Shown in pieces: positions 24,799 through 34,149 of a stretch of DNA of 64,000 nt. The number at the start of each line of letters is the position of its first letter. The first letter of the stretch is position 1. Source of the DNA: a virus. Location of the stretch: positions 1 to 64,000 of the IMG/VR virus record IMGVR_UViG_3300005337_000001; one strand, written 5' to 3'. A program made the translations under genes and the position numbers. The notes below the pieces were generated by a model. It was not told the DNA's origin. It saw nothing but the letters and a program-made list of their open reading frames with translations, and did not search any database.

Positions 24799-26701
24799 CG
24801 TCTTCAACCTTTGGTAGTGAACCAAACTCTGGGTGACCTGGGTGCATCGGCCATGCGTCGGCGATGTGTTCCATAGTCTCTTTCACCTTGTAGTTCCGCA
24901 GCAGCACGTTGCCATGCTCTGGCCCTTTCCAATAGCCCTCGATCCGCATCTGCTTACGCAGCGTCATGCGAGGGCCGTATGCCTGGTTGCGCCAATGCCC
25001 GCGTACGAAGAACTGGACCGTAGGCGTACCGCCACCTCCTCCTGTTTTGCGCTTCTTTCCGGCGATGTAGTCCAAGAGGTGCGGGCGGGCGTCGACCATC
25101 ACCGGCGCACTCAGCATGAACCTGGACACTGTGAAGTCCGGGTCGCCGTCGCGCTGCGCCTTCTTGGCCCCGCCTGCTGCCTTCTCCTTCAGCGACTGAC
25201 GCTTGTACTCGTTTGGATTCGCCAGAGCCAAGCAGGCACCGCGGATGAGCGAGTCGAGCGCCTTGCCGATGGCAGTCACCTCTTTGTCTGCACCTTCGAA
25301 CATCTGCAGGAAGGTCTTGCGGTCGAACGGCCCCAAGATGTCGCCAGTGCTCATGATGAAGAAAGCGGGATCGGCGTTGATGCACCAGATGCGTGCGTAC
25401 GTCTCTTCGCCAGGCTTCTCGCCGAAGAGCCCCGGCGGCACGATGAGGCTCCAGGCCTTCCATGGTGACATGACTTCGATGTCGTCGGGCACGTCGGTCA
25501 TAGCCAGTGACGCTGCCAGCTTGTGGCCAACCTCGAGTTTCGGGAAGCCTGCGTGCATCCACATGACGCCAAAATCCTGCAGGTGCGACGAGTACGGCAT
25601 GCCCTTCAAACAGCCGGCTGTCTTCTCCAACAGTTTCTTGACAGCTGGGTTCTTGTACGAGAACACGCCGACGAGATCAGCGACGTGCTGAGAGAGCCGC
25701 TGCTTGTCGCCCACGCCCGCGAACTGTTGAAATTCATTTAGAGGCTCGAACACGTAGGCCGCAGCCATCAGCAGCGCTTCGACGTTGACCGCCGTGTTGG
25801 TGCTCGGCGGCAGCGGCACCTTCAGCGAGCGCCGCGTCACTACATCCCAGCGAGCTCGGAATTCAGGGATGAGCGAGTCAAACCTGGCTACGTCCTCTGC
25901 TTGTGCAGCCTCGTCTGCTAGCAGCTTGTCGCGCATGTCCTTGAGCACGAGATCCTCGTTGTGCACCTTCTCGAGGATCTCGCGGGCCATCTTCTTCGGG
26001 TACGGCTTGAGCATCCTCACGAGCTCGTCGGTGACGTCGGCTACCTTCTCGTCGCCGCTGTACCCAGGAGCTGCACCGACGTTGAAAGGCCAGCTAGTCA
26101 GGCGCTTATTCGAGGCCTCAGGGTGATGCTTCAAATCAGAGATCACTTCCTTGCCTTCGGCGTCTCTTTTGATCTCGGCCACGTGCGACGTGTGCACCTG
26201 CAATGTGCCGCAGAGCTCGGCCGAGATGAAGAGGACCCTCATCGCACCATGAGGCAGGTCTTTCATGCACGACAGGATGAGCTTCTCTTCGACCAACGGC
26301 TTGTCGAGCGGGCCTCTATCCGTGATCTCTGCGGCATACTTCTCGTAGTCGGCAAGGAAGGAGCGCAGCTCGGTCTTTGGTACTAGGGTGGCGATGTCCT
26401 CGCCCTGATTTGGCAAGAACAGCACCGCCACCTTGGTGGCAGCCTCATCCACGGTCAGCCCGTCTTCTAGCGCCTTCCTCTTGAGGGCATCCAGCGCCAC
26501 CGTGAGACGCTGTTTCAACGTGGGCGAGATGTCCACGCCCGAGTTGTTCTGAAATAGGTTCTGCATTTGCTCTTCTTCCAGCGCGGCACGGCGGGACTGT
26601 ACGCCCGCAAGTTCTGCTTCGAGCTTCTGTTCTTCTACCTGCAACCCCCTCAGCTCCTGCGCGAATCTACCGACGTTAAGGCCTACACTCGGAGCTCGCA
26701 T
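24704..26701 (-). CDS. large hypothetical phage protein with C-terminal VRGHWRNQAYG motif
   Basis: 665-aa ORF; FFVRGHWRNQAYGP..RIEGYWKGP. Confidence 0.75.
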   Translation of the reverse strand: MRAPSVGLNVGRFAQELRGLQVEEQKLEAELAGVQSRRAALEEEQMQNLFQNNSGVDISPTLKQRLTVALDALKRKALEDGLTVDEAATKVAVLFLPNQGEDIATLVPKTELRSFLADYEKYAAEITDRGPLDKPLVEEKLILSCMKDLPHGAMRVLFISAELCGTLQVHTSHVAEIKRDAEGKEVISDLKHHPEASNKRLTSWPFNVGAAPGYSGDEKVADVTDELVRMLKPYPKKMAREILEKVHNEDLVLKDMRDKLLADEAAQAEDVARFDSLIPEFRARWDVVTRRSLKVPLPPSTNTAVNVEALLMAAAYVFEPLNEFQQFAGVGDKQRLSQHVADLVGVFSYKNPAVKKLLEKTAGCLKGMPYSSHLQDFGVMWMHAGFPKLEVGHKLAASLAMTDVPDDIEVMSPWKAWSLIVPPGLFGEKPGEETYARIWCINADPAFFIMSTGDILGPFDRKTFLQMFEGADKEVTAIGKALDSLIRGACLALANPNEYKRQSLKEKAAGGAKKAQRDGDPDFTVSRFMLSAPVMVDARPHLLDYIAGKKRKTGGGGGTPTVQFFVRGHWRNQAYGPRMTLRKQMRIEGYWKGPEHGNVLLRNYKVKETMEHIADAWPMHPGHPEFGSLPKVEDDGIDSGAKGEGAEQHSDPGTVQGDSSPVSSG

Positions 26702-28374
26702 CAGTCCTCCCAATTTGGTCCGCTGCCACCAAGGCTGACGTCATCGATACCAGGGCGTGGGTCGAAGCGCGTGTTGCGCTTGGGCAGTGGTTGCTCGTAG
26801 ATTTTGCGTCGAGCGAATACCAGGCTTTCCTGGACGGTGCGCTCCGTGCCTTGCTCAGCCTCATGTTTGAGCTCGCACTCTCCGCAAATGCGGCCGTCAC
26901 CAAGCTCGCTGCGTCCGAACACCAAGTTCGTCTTCAGGCTGCAACCACACTCGACGCACACACGCACCACCGCACGCTGTATCTCCTCGTCGCCCTTGGC
27001 CGTACGCCGCTCGTGGCCTTGCGCGATGCGCTCTTCCCTGTCTGCGGCTACAGCCTCTGGGGTGGGCTTCTTGTGCAGCTCTTCGTAAATCAGAGCAGCC
27101 ATGTCTCTGCTGTCCAAGATCTTGCCTTCCGCGTAGCCCAGCAACCCCATGTTGGTTGCCATCATGCGTAGCTTGAAGCGCCCTACGGTCGTGAGCTCAT
27201 CAAGGCTCATCTTTCGTGCCTGGTCGAGATCGGACTGCGCCCGGTCTTCGATTTCGTAGTACTTGAACACCTCAGCGCGTGTGATGATCAGGCGGCAATC
27301 CTCCAGCTCACGCGCATCCCACGCCTTCCAGCGATGAGCTTCCGCGCGCGACTTCACGCGCAAATTGAGCTTTCCCATGTCCGGGCACTTCATCCACGTG
27401 GCATGCAACCCAGTCAAGTTCTGGTCGACGCGCGCCATCTGAAACATGTACGTGTTGGGCGACACGCTCTTGTTGCGCCGACGGCCGACGAGCTTCAACG
27501 TAGGCCAGGTCTGGAACGCCAGTAGTAGCCACTTGCTGCCGTGCTCATCGAACACCTCAGCCAGCTCCTTGGCGCGGTCCTCGTCGTTGAGCTCTGTCTC
27601 GGGCTTCGGCTCAGCCAAACCGAGCGACTGCCGGTTCACCGACAGGCGCGTCGTACGCCGAAGTGGGCTTTCCAACCAGCGTGAGCTCATACCGATGCCG
27701 TCTTCGATAGACGTGCGCAGTGTGTGCACCAGCTGCTTGATGGTGTTGTAGTTGAAGTTCGTCCACGTCAGCAGGTGGTAGCGCAATGAGCCATCCAGCA
27801 GCTTCACAGCGACCGCGAAGTCGTAGTTGAAACCGCCACCTTCGGTGTGAAGCTCGCCGAGCCCCACCACGGATGGCTCGTTGTTGAACAGATCCATCAC
27901 CCACGCAGCGCTTGCCCAACCGCCAGTACTGGTGTCGTCTTCACTCGATGCTTCAGTGCGTTCTGCAGGATCGGGATGAAGAATCTTGTGCAGGTTGATG
28001 ACGTTCTTCACCAGGTAGGCCGGCGGTGAATCGTTGACCCATGTGTCAGGCAAGCTCTTGGTCTCGCCGTAGATACGCAAGAGGTCGGCTAGGCATGCCC
28101 GAATGTTTCTGTCGTCGTACGACGTTCGTCGTAGCCAACGATGGCATACCTGCCCGTCAGGCAGCTTCACTGTCATAGCGAAGTCGTACTGAAGCGAGTC
28201 AGACGACTGCTTACGTTCGCACAGCGACAGAATTGCCGGCGTGCTCTCCAACAAATACCGCACCCAAGGTGCTTGGTGCCACTCCGTCTTCACCGTGTTG
28301 GCTTCGGTGGAAGTGGTAACCCTGCCCGTCTCGGTCATATCGTAGCGCTTGGACGGTTGTGAATGATACGTCAT
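26701..28374 (-). CDS. hypothetical protein with three internal repeats
   Basis: W..W..P..YDFAMTVKLPDG / YDFAVAVKLLDG / YMFQMARVDQN. Confidence 0.75.
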   Translation of the reverse strand: MTYHSQPSKRYDMTETGRVTTSTEANTVKTEWHQAPWVRYLLESTPAILSLCERKQSSDSLQYDFAMTVKLPDGQVCHRWLRRTSYDDRNIRACLADLLRIYGETKSLPDTWVNDSPPAYLVKNVINLHKILHPDPAERTEASSEDDTSTGGWASAAWVMDLFNNEPSVVGLGELHTEGGGFNYDFAVAVKLLDGSLRYHLLTWTNFNYNTIKQLVHTLRTSIEDGIGMSSRWLESPLRRTTRLSVNRQSLGLAEPKPETELNDEDRAKELAEVFDEHGSKWLLLAFQTWPTLKLVGRRRNKSVSPNTYMFQMARVDQNLTGLHATWMKCPDMGKLNLRVKSRAEAHRWKAWDARELEDCRLIITRAEVFKYYEIEDRAQSDLDQARKMSLDELTTVGRFKLRMMATNMGLLGYAEGKILDSRDMAALIYEELHKKPTPEAVAADREERIAQGHERRTAKGDEEIQRAVVRVCVECGCSLKTNLVFGRSELGDGRICGECELKHEAEQGTERTVQESLVFARRKIYEQPLPKRNTRFDPRPGIDDVSLGGSGPNWED

Positions 28375-28390
28375 GAGCTTGCTCCTTCTG

Positions 28391-28406
28391 GGCTTCGTAC
28401 GAAGCC
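28391..28406. promoter_or_regulatory. perfect 16-bp palindrome GGCTTCGTACGAAGCC between promoter motif and RBS
   Basis: Read directly; possible operator or leader hairpin. Confidence 0.45.
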
Positions 28407-28416
28407 TTTCCACAGC

Positions 28417-28429
28417 TCTTATGCCCGCA
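28417..28429 (-). promoter_or_regulatory. phage promoter-like motif TGCGGGCATAAGA
   Basis: Recurrent motif in an intergenic gap. Confidence 0.65.
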
Positions 28430-28433
28430 GCGG

Positions 28434-29333
28434 CTACTCGATTTCGAGCATGGCCGCAGCCTTCTTCAAGCGTAGCTTATGGTGCAACTCTTTCTCGCAG
28501 CTCTCCTCCCAGAGCTCCTCGTCGAGCTTGTTCTTGATGGCCTTGCGGATGAGATTGGCCAGGATCTTGGGGTCGAGGGCATCGAGCTCCCACGACTCGT
28601 CGCCGAACTTTTCGACATAGACGTCGGAGCGCGAATCCGTGAGCTTGGCCGGATTGGGCGGCGGGTTGTACTTCTTCACCTGGTCCATGTTCAGCGCGAT
28701 GCGCTCGAGGGCGCCGGCGAACTCGTAGCCTGAGTGATCCATGAAAAGCTGAAGACGGTCCTCGATGTCGCGGCTCATGTCGATACCAGACGGGTCGTGG
28801 TCGCCGAGGTGAATGATGTGCACGCCCTGTTCAGCTTCGCAGTACTTGATGAGCCGCTGCGCTGCCGACCACATCTCGCTCTGGCTCGTGTAGCCACGAC
28901 ACGAGAAGTAGGGCACGTTGAATTCCCGGCATACGCCTTCGATGACGCCGACGAGCGCGTCCTTCTCGATCCACACCTCGAGTCTGAAGTCCTGCTCCGC
29001 CCACTTGTCGATGCGGAACTGCTGCGCGCAGGCTTCAACAATGTCGGCGGGGCTCTCCCACGTCGAGAGCGCTTCCAAATTACGGGTGCGATCGACAATG
29101 GCGCTCCAGTCGATGAGCCCCGCCATACGCCCGTCGTTGATGATGCTGCCGAGGCGCTTGTACTCGGTTTGCTTGTTGGCGATGAGGTCTCTTGACACGA
29201 ACTGGTAGTACAGCTGCCGCAAGGTGAGGTCGAATCCCTGCGCCTGGTATTCGTCGATGATGTCGTTGGCCTGTTCGACGATCTGAAGGCTTCCTGCCGA
29301 CAGTTTCTTGTTCACGTACCTAATCTTGCTCAT
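28434..29333 (-). CDS. Topo VI-A / Wadjet JetD-like TOPRIM nuclease-domain protein
   Basis: LTLRQLYYQ, VWIEKDAL, SCRGYTS, LGDHDPSG, ERIALN, SWELDAL. Confidence 0.8.
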   Translation of the reverse strand: MSKIRYVNKKLSAGSLQIVEQANDIIDEYQAQGFDLTLRQLYYQFVSRDLIANKQTEYKRLGSIINDGRMAGLIDWSAIVDRTRNLEALSTWESPADIVEACAQQFRIDKWAEQDFRLEVWIEKDALVGVIEGVCREFNVPYFSCRGYTSQSEMWSAAQRLIKYCEAEQGVHIIHLGDHDPSGIDMSRDIEDRLQLFMDHSGYEFAGALERIALNMDQVKKYNPPPNPAKLTDSRSDVYVEKFGDESWELDALDPKILANLIRKAIKNKLDEELWEESCEKELHHKLRLKKAAAMLEIE

Positions 29334-29417
29334 GAAATAGCTCCGCCACTACATGTGCGCCACACCGACGCAAATTGCAACGTTGCTATCAGATGAGGCG
29401 CCTCATAGGCTAAAAAG

Positions 29418-29582
29418 ATGGCAATTGCGATTTTCCCCGTCATCCTCCTCGTCATCGGCATCCTCCTGTACTTCGTCTCCACGAATGGGAAAGTACAGGA
29501 GGTCGGCCGTCTGATGTTCTTCTGTGGACTGCTAGTGCTTACGTTCGACCTTTCGCGCGACGTGGTGAGGCTCCTCCACTGA
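29418..29582 (+). CDS. small two-TM membrane protein (54 aa)
   Basis: Manual translation MAIAIFPVILLVIGILLYFVSTNGKVQEVGRLMFFCGLLVLTFDLSRDVVRLLH. Confidence 0.7.
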   Translation: MAIAIFPVILLVIGILLYFVSTNGKVQEVGRLMFFCGLLVLTFDLSRDVVRLLH

Positions 29583-30054
29583 GCAGATTCTCGATAGCTT
29601 CATCCTTCGACCAGCCGTAGTACCAAGCGCTGCCGCGCCCTGAACGGCAGCGCCACACCTTGTGGACGTTGGTACGGTCGAGCTTCACGCGCATCGACGC
29701 CGGCATGCCCGCGGCCTTCACGTCTTGGACGTTTGTCTTGGACGAGAATCTATGGAGCTCGAAGCCGTTGATCAATTCCCCAACGCGCCCCCAGACGTCT
29801 TGCTCTGGCAGCGGCACCGGCGCTAGAGGGTCCACGTAAACCGGCTCGTGGAAGTGCACTTCTTCGACCAGGTCGCTCAAGGTGTCTGTGTCTTCGAAGT
29901 TCCTACCATTGACGTCCACCCAAATGAGACTGGTAAGAAGATCGACGCGCACCGCGCCGAATGGGCAGACGGCGTCTTTCCTCTCCTCAACACAGACGTA
30001 CTTGTAGCCATCGCGCGATCGAAAGAAGCCGCCAGGGTAGATGGTGACGCTCAT
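29539..30054 (-). CDS. hypothetical protein
   Basis: Coupled ORF. Confidence 0.6.
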   Translation of the reverse strand: MSVTIYPGGFFRSRDGYKYVCVEERKDAVCPFGAVRVDLLTSLIWVDVNGRNFEDTDTLSDLVEEVHFHEPVYVDPLAPVPLPEQDVWGRVGELINGFELHRFSSKTNVQDVKAAGMPASMRVKLDRTNVHKVWRCRSGRGSAWYYGWSKDEAIENLLSGGASPRRAKGRT

Positions 30055-30923
30055 GTGGCATTCAGCTCCGCCATCATCTTGGCATAGCGGTCAGGATGTT
30101 TGGAGCGTAGCTCCTTCAACACCGCCACCAAATCAGCGTCTGTGGCATCCCGCTGGTACCTGTCGTAGTCCGAAACCTGCAGTATTAGCGTGTGGGTGTG
30201 GTCCTTACCGTCAATGAACCACCCCTTCAAGGTCTCCTTGAATTCCAGGGCGGGCTCGAGCCTATTGCTAGCCATCGCCAGCATCCGCCGTGACCCGAAG
30301 ATGTTCTTCCTGGCCTGCTTTTCCCAACTTCTGTGCGCAGAGTCGGTGGTGAAGATCCGCGGCATGCAAGCGAAGCGCTGCAGCACCAGCTCACGGCCAC
30401 GGTAGAAATCGGCGTCAGCGACGTGAGCCCACTCCTTACGTATGTTCGCTTCGTATTGCTTGAAGTCTTCTTCGTCAGCGCCGAGCATCGACAAGTCGGC
30501 GTCGATCAGGATGGCCTCGTCTCTACGCACGGGCGCTTTCAGATGCGCTGTGGCCATAACAAGTCTGTACACATCTGCTTGAAAGATCACAGACAAGCCA
30601 GCGCGCTGCGCTGCTACGACGGCCATAGAGGCGGACAACTCCTCGTCCTTGGCTGCGTTAGTCGGGTCGAACGACATGCAGATGTCGTGAAACCACATCG
30701 CCCAGTACACCGACAGCATGTTCTCGTCCGGGTACCTTTCAGCTTCGGCAAGCTCACGCGCGCGCCTCAGGCCCCAGTAGACGTGTTCGAGCGTGTGGTA
30801 GTGACGCTCCGGGCTGTTGTAGCAGCTGACCAGCTTCTCATACACGGGCTGCGCTGAGCCTTTGCACTCGAGCTCGCGCCAGAGCGCTTCGAACATACTA
30901 CCGAGCGCGGGTAGATTGATCAT
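30051..30923 (-). CDS. HD-superfamily metal-dependent phosphohydrolase (COG4339-like)
   Basis: RHYHTLEH, WFHD, DEELSA, ATAH, IDADLSMLG, YEANIRKEW. Confidence 0.85.
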   Translation of the reverse strand: MINLPALGSMFEALWRELECKGSAQPVYEKLVSCYNSPERHYHTLEHVYWGLRRARELAEAERYPDENMLSVYWAMWFHDICMSFDPTNAAKDEELSASMAVVAAQRAGLSVIFQADVYRLVMATAHLKAPVRRDEAILIDADLSMLGADEEDFKQYEANIRKEWAHVADADFYRGRELVLQRFACMPRIFTTDSAHRSWEKQARKNIFGSRRMLAMASNRLEPALEFKETLKGWFIDGKDHTHTLILQVSDYDRYQRDATDADLVAVLKELRSKHPDRYAKMMAELNAT

Positions 30924-31132
30924 TTGAGTGGGCTCACGTAGACGACGGGCTTGTTCACGAGATAGCCGTAAGCAGTTGCATCAGCGTTTGGCTCCAGCAC
31001 ATGTTCAGCAGCACTGACGCTGTACAACTTGTCCTTGTGCCGAAGCTGGTCGCCTTCACGAGGCAGCGTCGACACCAACACTTTCTCGCGCCAGTTCTCG
31101 ATTGGGCAGAACACTTCACAGTAGAAACTCAT
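30920..31132 (-). CDS. hypothetical protein
   Basis: Coupled ORF; LPREGD beta-barrel-like. Confidence 0.55.
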   Translation of the reverse strand: MSFYCEVFCPIENWREKVLVSTLPREGDQLRHKDKLYSVSAAEHVLEPNADATAYGYLVNKPVVYVSPLK

Positions 31133-31605
31133 CTAGTCCTCTTTGCTTTGGGGAGATCGAACAACACCGGCGCTGTCCGCATGAAAAAGTCTCGGGCTCT
31201 GACGTCCACGTTGGGCTGATGCTTGTAGAGCTCCAGGTAGCTCGGGATCAACGCTTGAACCAAGGCCGTGGCGATACCCTGCTCACGGTGATCCTCGTCC
31301 ACGTAGCAGTTCAGAAACACGTGGTTCAAGTAGATGTCGGTGGCTGCCCAACCGACTATACGCGCGCCGAGATGGGCCAGAGCGATACGTACGTCCTCGA
31401 ACTTACCTACGCGAATGTCGCGTAGCAGCCGGTTCAAGTCGCTGTCGTCGTTGCACAGTGTGAGCTCGGCCAGGCGCCCTAGCTCGGCTGGAGTAAGGCT
31501 GCTCGGTACGACGACAATGATTCGCGCCGGGCAAGCTCCAGCTCGATGGTGAAGAGGCTGTGCCGCTGATCGCATTCGGAAAGTTCCTTCGTTTCTGTGC
31601 CACAC
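31129..31605 (-). CDS. GNAT-family acetyltransferase (start uncertain)
   Basis: FLNCYVDEDHREQGIATALV acetyl-CoA binding motif A. Confidence 0.7.
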   Translation of the reverse strand: MWHRNEGTFRMRSAAQPLHHRAGACPARIIVVVPSSLTPAELGRLAELTLCNDDSDLNRLLRDIRVGKFEDVRIALAHLGARIVGWAATDIYLNHVFLNCYVDEDHREQGIATALVQALIPSYLELYKHQPNVDVRARDFFMRTAPVLFDLPKAKRTR

Positions 31606-31736
31606 GTGTCGCAGGTGCAGCTATTGTTAGCGCAGACAAAACGCGCGATCTCGAGTACGTACTTTGGCTTCAACAGCTCGACGCACGAGCGGCAGCACCA
31701 AATGAGGTCACCCTCAAGCACATGCGGCTTACTCAT
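31479..31736 (-). CDS. small Cys-rich protein
   Basis: WCCRSC..CTCDTCG. Confidence 0.5.
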   Translation of the reverse strand: MSKPHVLEGDLIWCCRSCVELLKPKYVLEIARFVCANNSCTCDTCGTETKELSECDQRHSLFTIELELARRESLSSYRAALLQPS

Positions 31737-32088
31737 CGCTGGCGTACAGATTGGAGAGTGACCAACCCTTGGTCGTCAGTCGAAACTCACGTTCGGGAAT
31801 GCCGCCCCGTACTGCTAGCTTTTCAGGCGACAACGGTAGGTTACGGGCGCGCACCAGGCCACGTTCGATGGCCACGCCCAAATCGACGTAGACCGTACCT
31901 CGTTTCGCATAGCCAGCATCGGCGAGCTCACGTCCTGTGCATGGCCCAATCTTAGCTAGCCCGATGATGAGCCTTCGCATGTCGTGCTTGCTGCGCACGG
32001 TCATGTAACTGAACAGCGCGAGGCACAGTCCCAGGATGATGCAGAAGATTCCCCAGAACTGCGAGCTCAGGTGGTCGTAGTTCTTCAT
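31729..32088 (-). CDS. membrane-anchored PadR-like winged-helix protein
   Basis: N-terminal TM; GPCTGREL..GTVYVDL..ERGLV..FRLTTKG. Confidence 0.6.
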   Translation of the reverse strand: MKNYDHLSSQFWGIFCIILGLCLALFSYMTVRSKHDMRRLIIGLAKIGPCTGRELADAGYAKRGTVYVDLGVAIERGLVRARNLPLSPEKLAVRGGIPEREFRLTTKGWSLSNLYASDE

Positions 32089-32537
32089 CGTCTTCCTTCC
32101 CTTTGGTTGAGCGCAAGCTGCAGCACCGCGCTCAGCACCTTCAGCTCTGCAATAGTGGCGTCGCCGGCTTCTTTGTAGTCCTCGGCCAGGTCTTTCAGCT
32201 TGGGCAGCACATCCTTTCGGAAGAACTCGAGGCGCGTCCACTCGTACGTGGTAAGCACATCGGCTTGCTTGCCCTCTGGGAGCAAGCACTTACGCGTCCT
32301 CTTGCTGAAGACGTATTCATACCCGGCTGCGATGATGAAGAGGTCGTCTTCGTTGTGAACCTCTTTCACGAAGCCATCACGCACGTCCTCTTCAGACCCG
32401 CGCTTGAACACGACGACGCAAGTATCGCCGAGACTCAGCGTAAAGCGCTTGTTCGCGACTTCGAGCGCAACCCGCCTGGCCTTCTCCTTCAACAGCTCTT
32501 TACGTGGCTGCATAGATTCTGGAAGCCTCTTCGTCAC
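32085..32537 (-). CDS. hypothetical protein
   Basis: Coupled ORF. Confidence 0.65.
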   Translation of the reverse strand: MTKRLPESMQPRKELLKEKARRVALEVANKRFTLSLGDTCVVVFKRGSEEDVRDGFVKEVHNEDDLFIIAAGYEYVFSKRTRKCLLPEGKQADVLTTYEWTRLEFFRKDVLPKLKDLAEDYKEAGDATIAELKVLSAVLQLALNQREGRR

Positions 32538-32995
32538 TGCTGCGCCGTTCCCAGCACCACGCCGACCAAAGCGTTGAGCTTGGTGTGGGCCTCACGCAAG
32601 CGGCCACGACGCCTGACGCTCGGTATCTCTTGGTACCTGCCAGCGTCCTTCAGCGCCTCCTCGGCGTCGGAGCGTGCTTCCAAGTACTCCTGCGCCGCCA
32701 ACGCTAGCTTCATGTGCTGTGTAACCCACGTATCGCTTATAGGCCCAAGTTCTTCAGCCGGGTTGGCTGCGTGCCGTGCCTTGATGCGCTTGATGCAAGC
32801 TTCGAGGTCGTCGAGCTCGCGATAGAACGCAGTGCGGTTTGACTCGCCGCCCTTTACGATGTGGTTCGGGTCATCGTAGACGTTCTCGAGGCCGAAGCGG
32901 AGGATCTTGCCGAAGTGCTTCAACACCTCGCCGGCCTCCTCGCAGATCTGACCCATCTCACCGAGCAAGTACTTGGGCTCGTAACCTGGTTTCAT
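32534..32995 (-). CDS. second MazG-like NTP pyrophosphohydrolase domain protein
   Basis: ICEEAGEVLKHFGKILRFG..RELDDL. Confidence 0.6.
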   Translation of the reverse strand: MKPGYEPKYLLGEMGQICEEAGEVLKHFGKILRFGLENVYDDPNHIVKGGESNRTAFYRELDDLEACIKRIKARHAANPAEELGPISDTWVTQHMKLALAAQEYLEARSDAEEALKDAGRYQEIPSVRRRGRLREAHTKLNALVGVVLGTAQQ

Positions 32996-33287
32996 CACCG
33001 AATTCCTTTCAAATATTGGATGCAGCAACAGCGACCCGCACGATGGGCATACTCCAATAGCGGGCGCTGTTCCCTGCCATCCGCAGCCATCGACGATACC
33101 GCCATCGCCAAGCTTTCGTTTCTTGCATCTAACGATCATGCGCTGAGCTCCAACATCTCCGCATTGCGGTCGCGGGTGTACTCGAACTTGTAGATGCGGT
33201 AGTAGTGCAGCCAGATTGCGCCGCCGTACCCGCGCTCGTATTTGAGGCGCTCGAACCAACAGAACGAGCGCCAGCAGAGTTCGAAGT

Positions 33288-33671
33288 TCACGATAGGTCT
33301 TCCACGCAGCACATGCGGCTCACGCGCAGCAGGCTCGCCATCGGCGTCTGCTCGAACTCGATGTTGAGCCCGCGGTTGAGCCACCACTCGTGCAATTTGG
33401 CCGGCGCGTCCGCTGTGTAGTCGCCGTTGGGAAGGCGCAGCTGATCGGTCTCGAACATCCGAGCCGCATGCAAGTGCTTCAGCAGCCGCTGCATGGACGG
33501 CCCTGGCTCGGCGGGCAGCTCAATCTCACCGTACAGTCTTAGTGAGTCTCCCCAGTTGATTCGAAAGATGGGTTGTCCTGGTCCAGCTCCATGTACGTCC
33601 GAACCCCATCCATCCACCACACGTACCACGTGCTTCCTTCGACCTTTGTTTTGTCCACGATGCTTTCCCAT
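33288..33671 (-). CDS. hypothetical protein
   Basis: ORF. Confidence 0.55.
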   Translation of the reverse strand: MGKHRGQNKGRRKHVVRVVDGWGSDVHGAGPGQPIFRINWGDSLRLYGEIELPAEPGPSMQRLLKHLHAARMFETDQLRLPNGDYTADAPAKLHEWWLNRGLNIEFEQTPMASLLRVSRMCCVEDLS

Positions 33672-33834
33672 GACTCACCGTCCCAGAGCTGGCTGATAGC
33701 AGCCATGCTCACTTTGTCCTGGCTCTCGATCGTTTCGTTGATCCACGTGCTCAGCGAGAAGCTGTAGAACTCCTCGTCCGCACTTTCAAGACAGATGATA
33801 CTACCGTGCGGAAACTGCTCGCGCCTAGGTATGG

Positions 33835-34149
33835 TCATCGAAGATCCTTAGGCCCTACGTGCTCGTAGTAGCCCGGGCGTTTGTACTCGGGCAAGTACTT
33901 GAGCTTGAGCGCCAAGTTCACCCAGAAGGCGTTACCGCCCACCAGGATCACGCCACCTGCGAACGAGTACCACTGCCCGAGGCTCGGGTAGTAAGCCAGG
34001 TTCCAGAAACCCCACACCGTCATGAAAGCGATGAGCGGCCACCACACGCCCTTTAGCTCGAGGTCCTTACGCAGCTGAAAGTAGTTGCGCCACGTGAAGT
34101 ACGCGCCGCCGAGCTCGAAGAGCCCGTTGACGATGTCGTTCCACTTCAT
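33835..34149 (-). CDS. PQ-loop/SemiSWEET-like three-TM membrane protein
   Basis: DIVNGLFELGG..NYFQLRKD..KGVWW..WGFWNLAYY..GQW. Confidence 0.55.
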   Translation of the reverse strand: MKWNDIVNGLFELGGAYFTWRNYFQLRKDLELKGVWWPLIAFMTVWGFWNLAYYPSLGQWYSFAGGVILVGGNAFWVNLALKLKYLPEYKRPGYYEHVGPKDLR

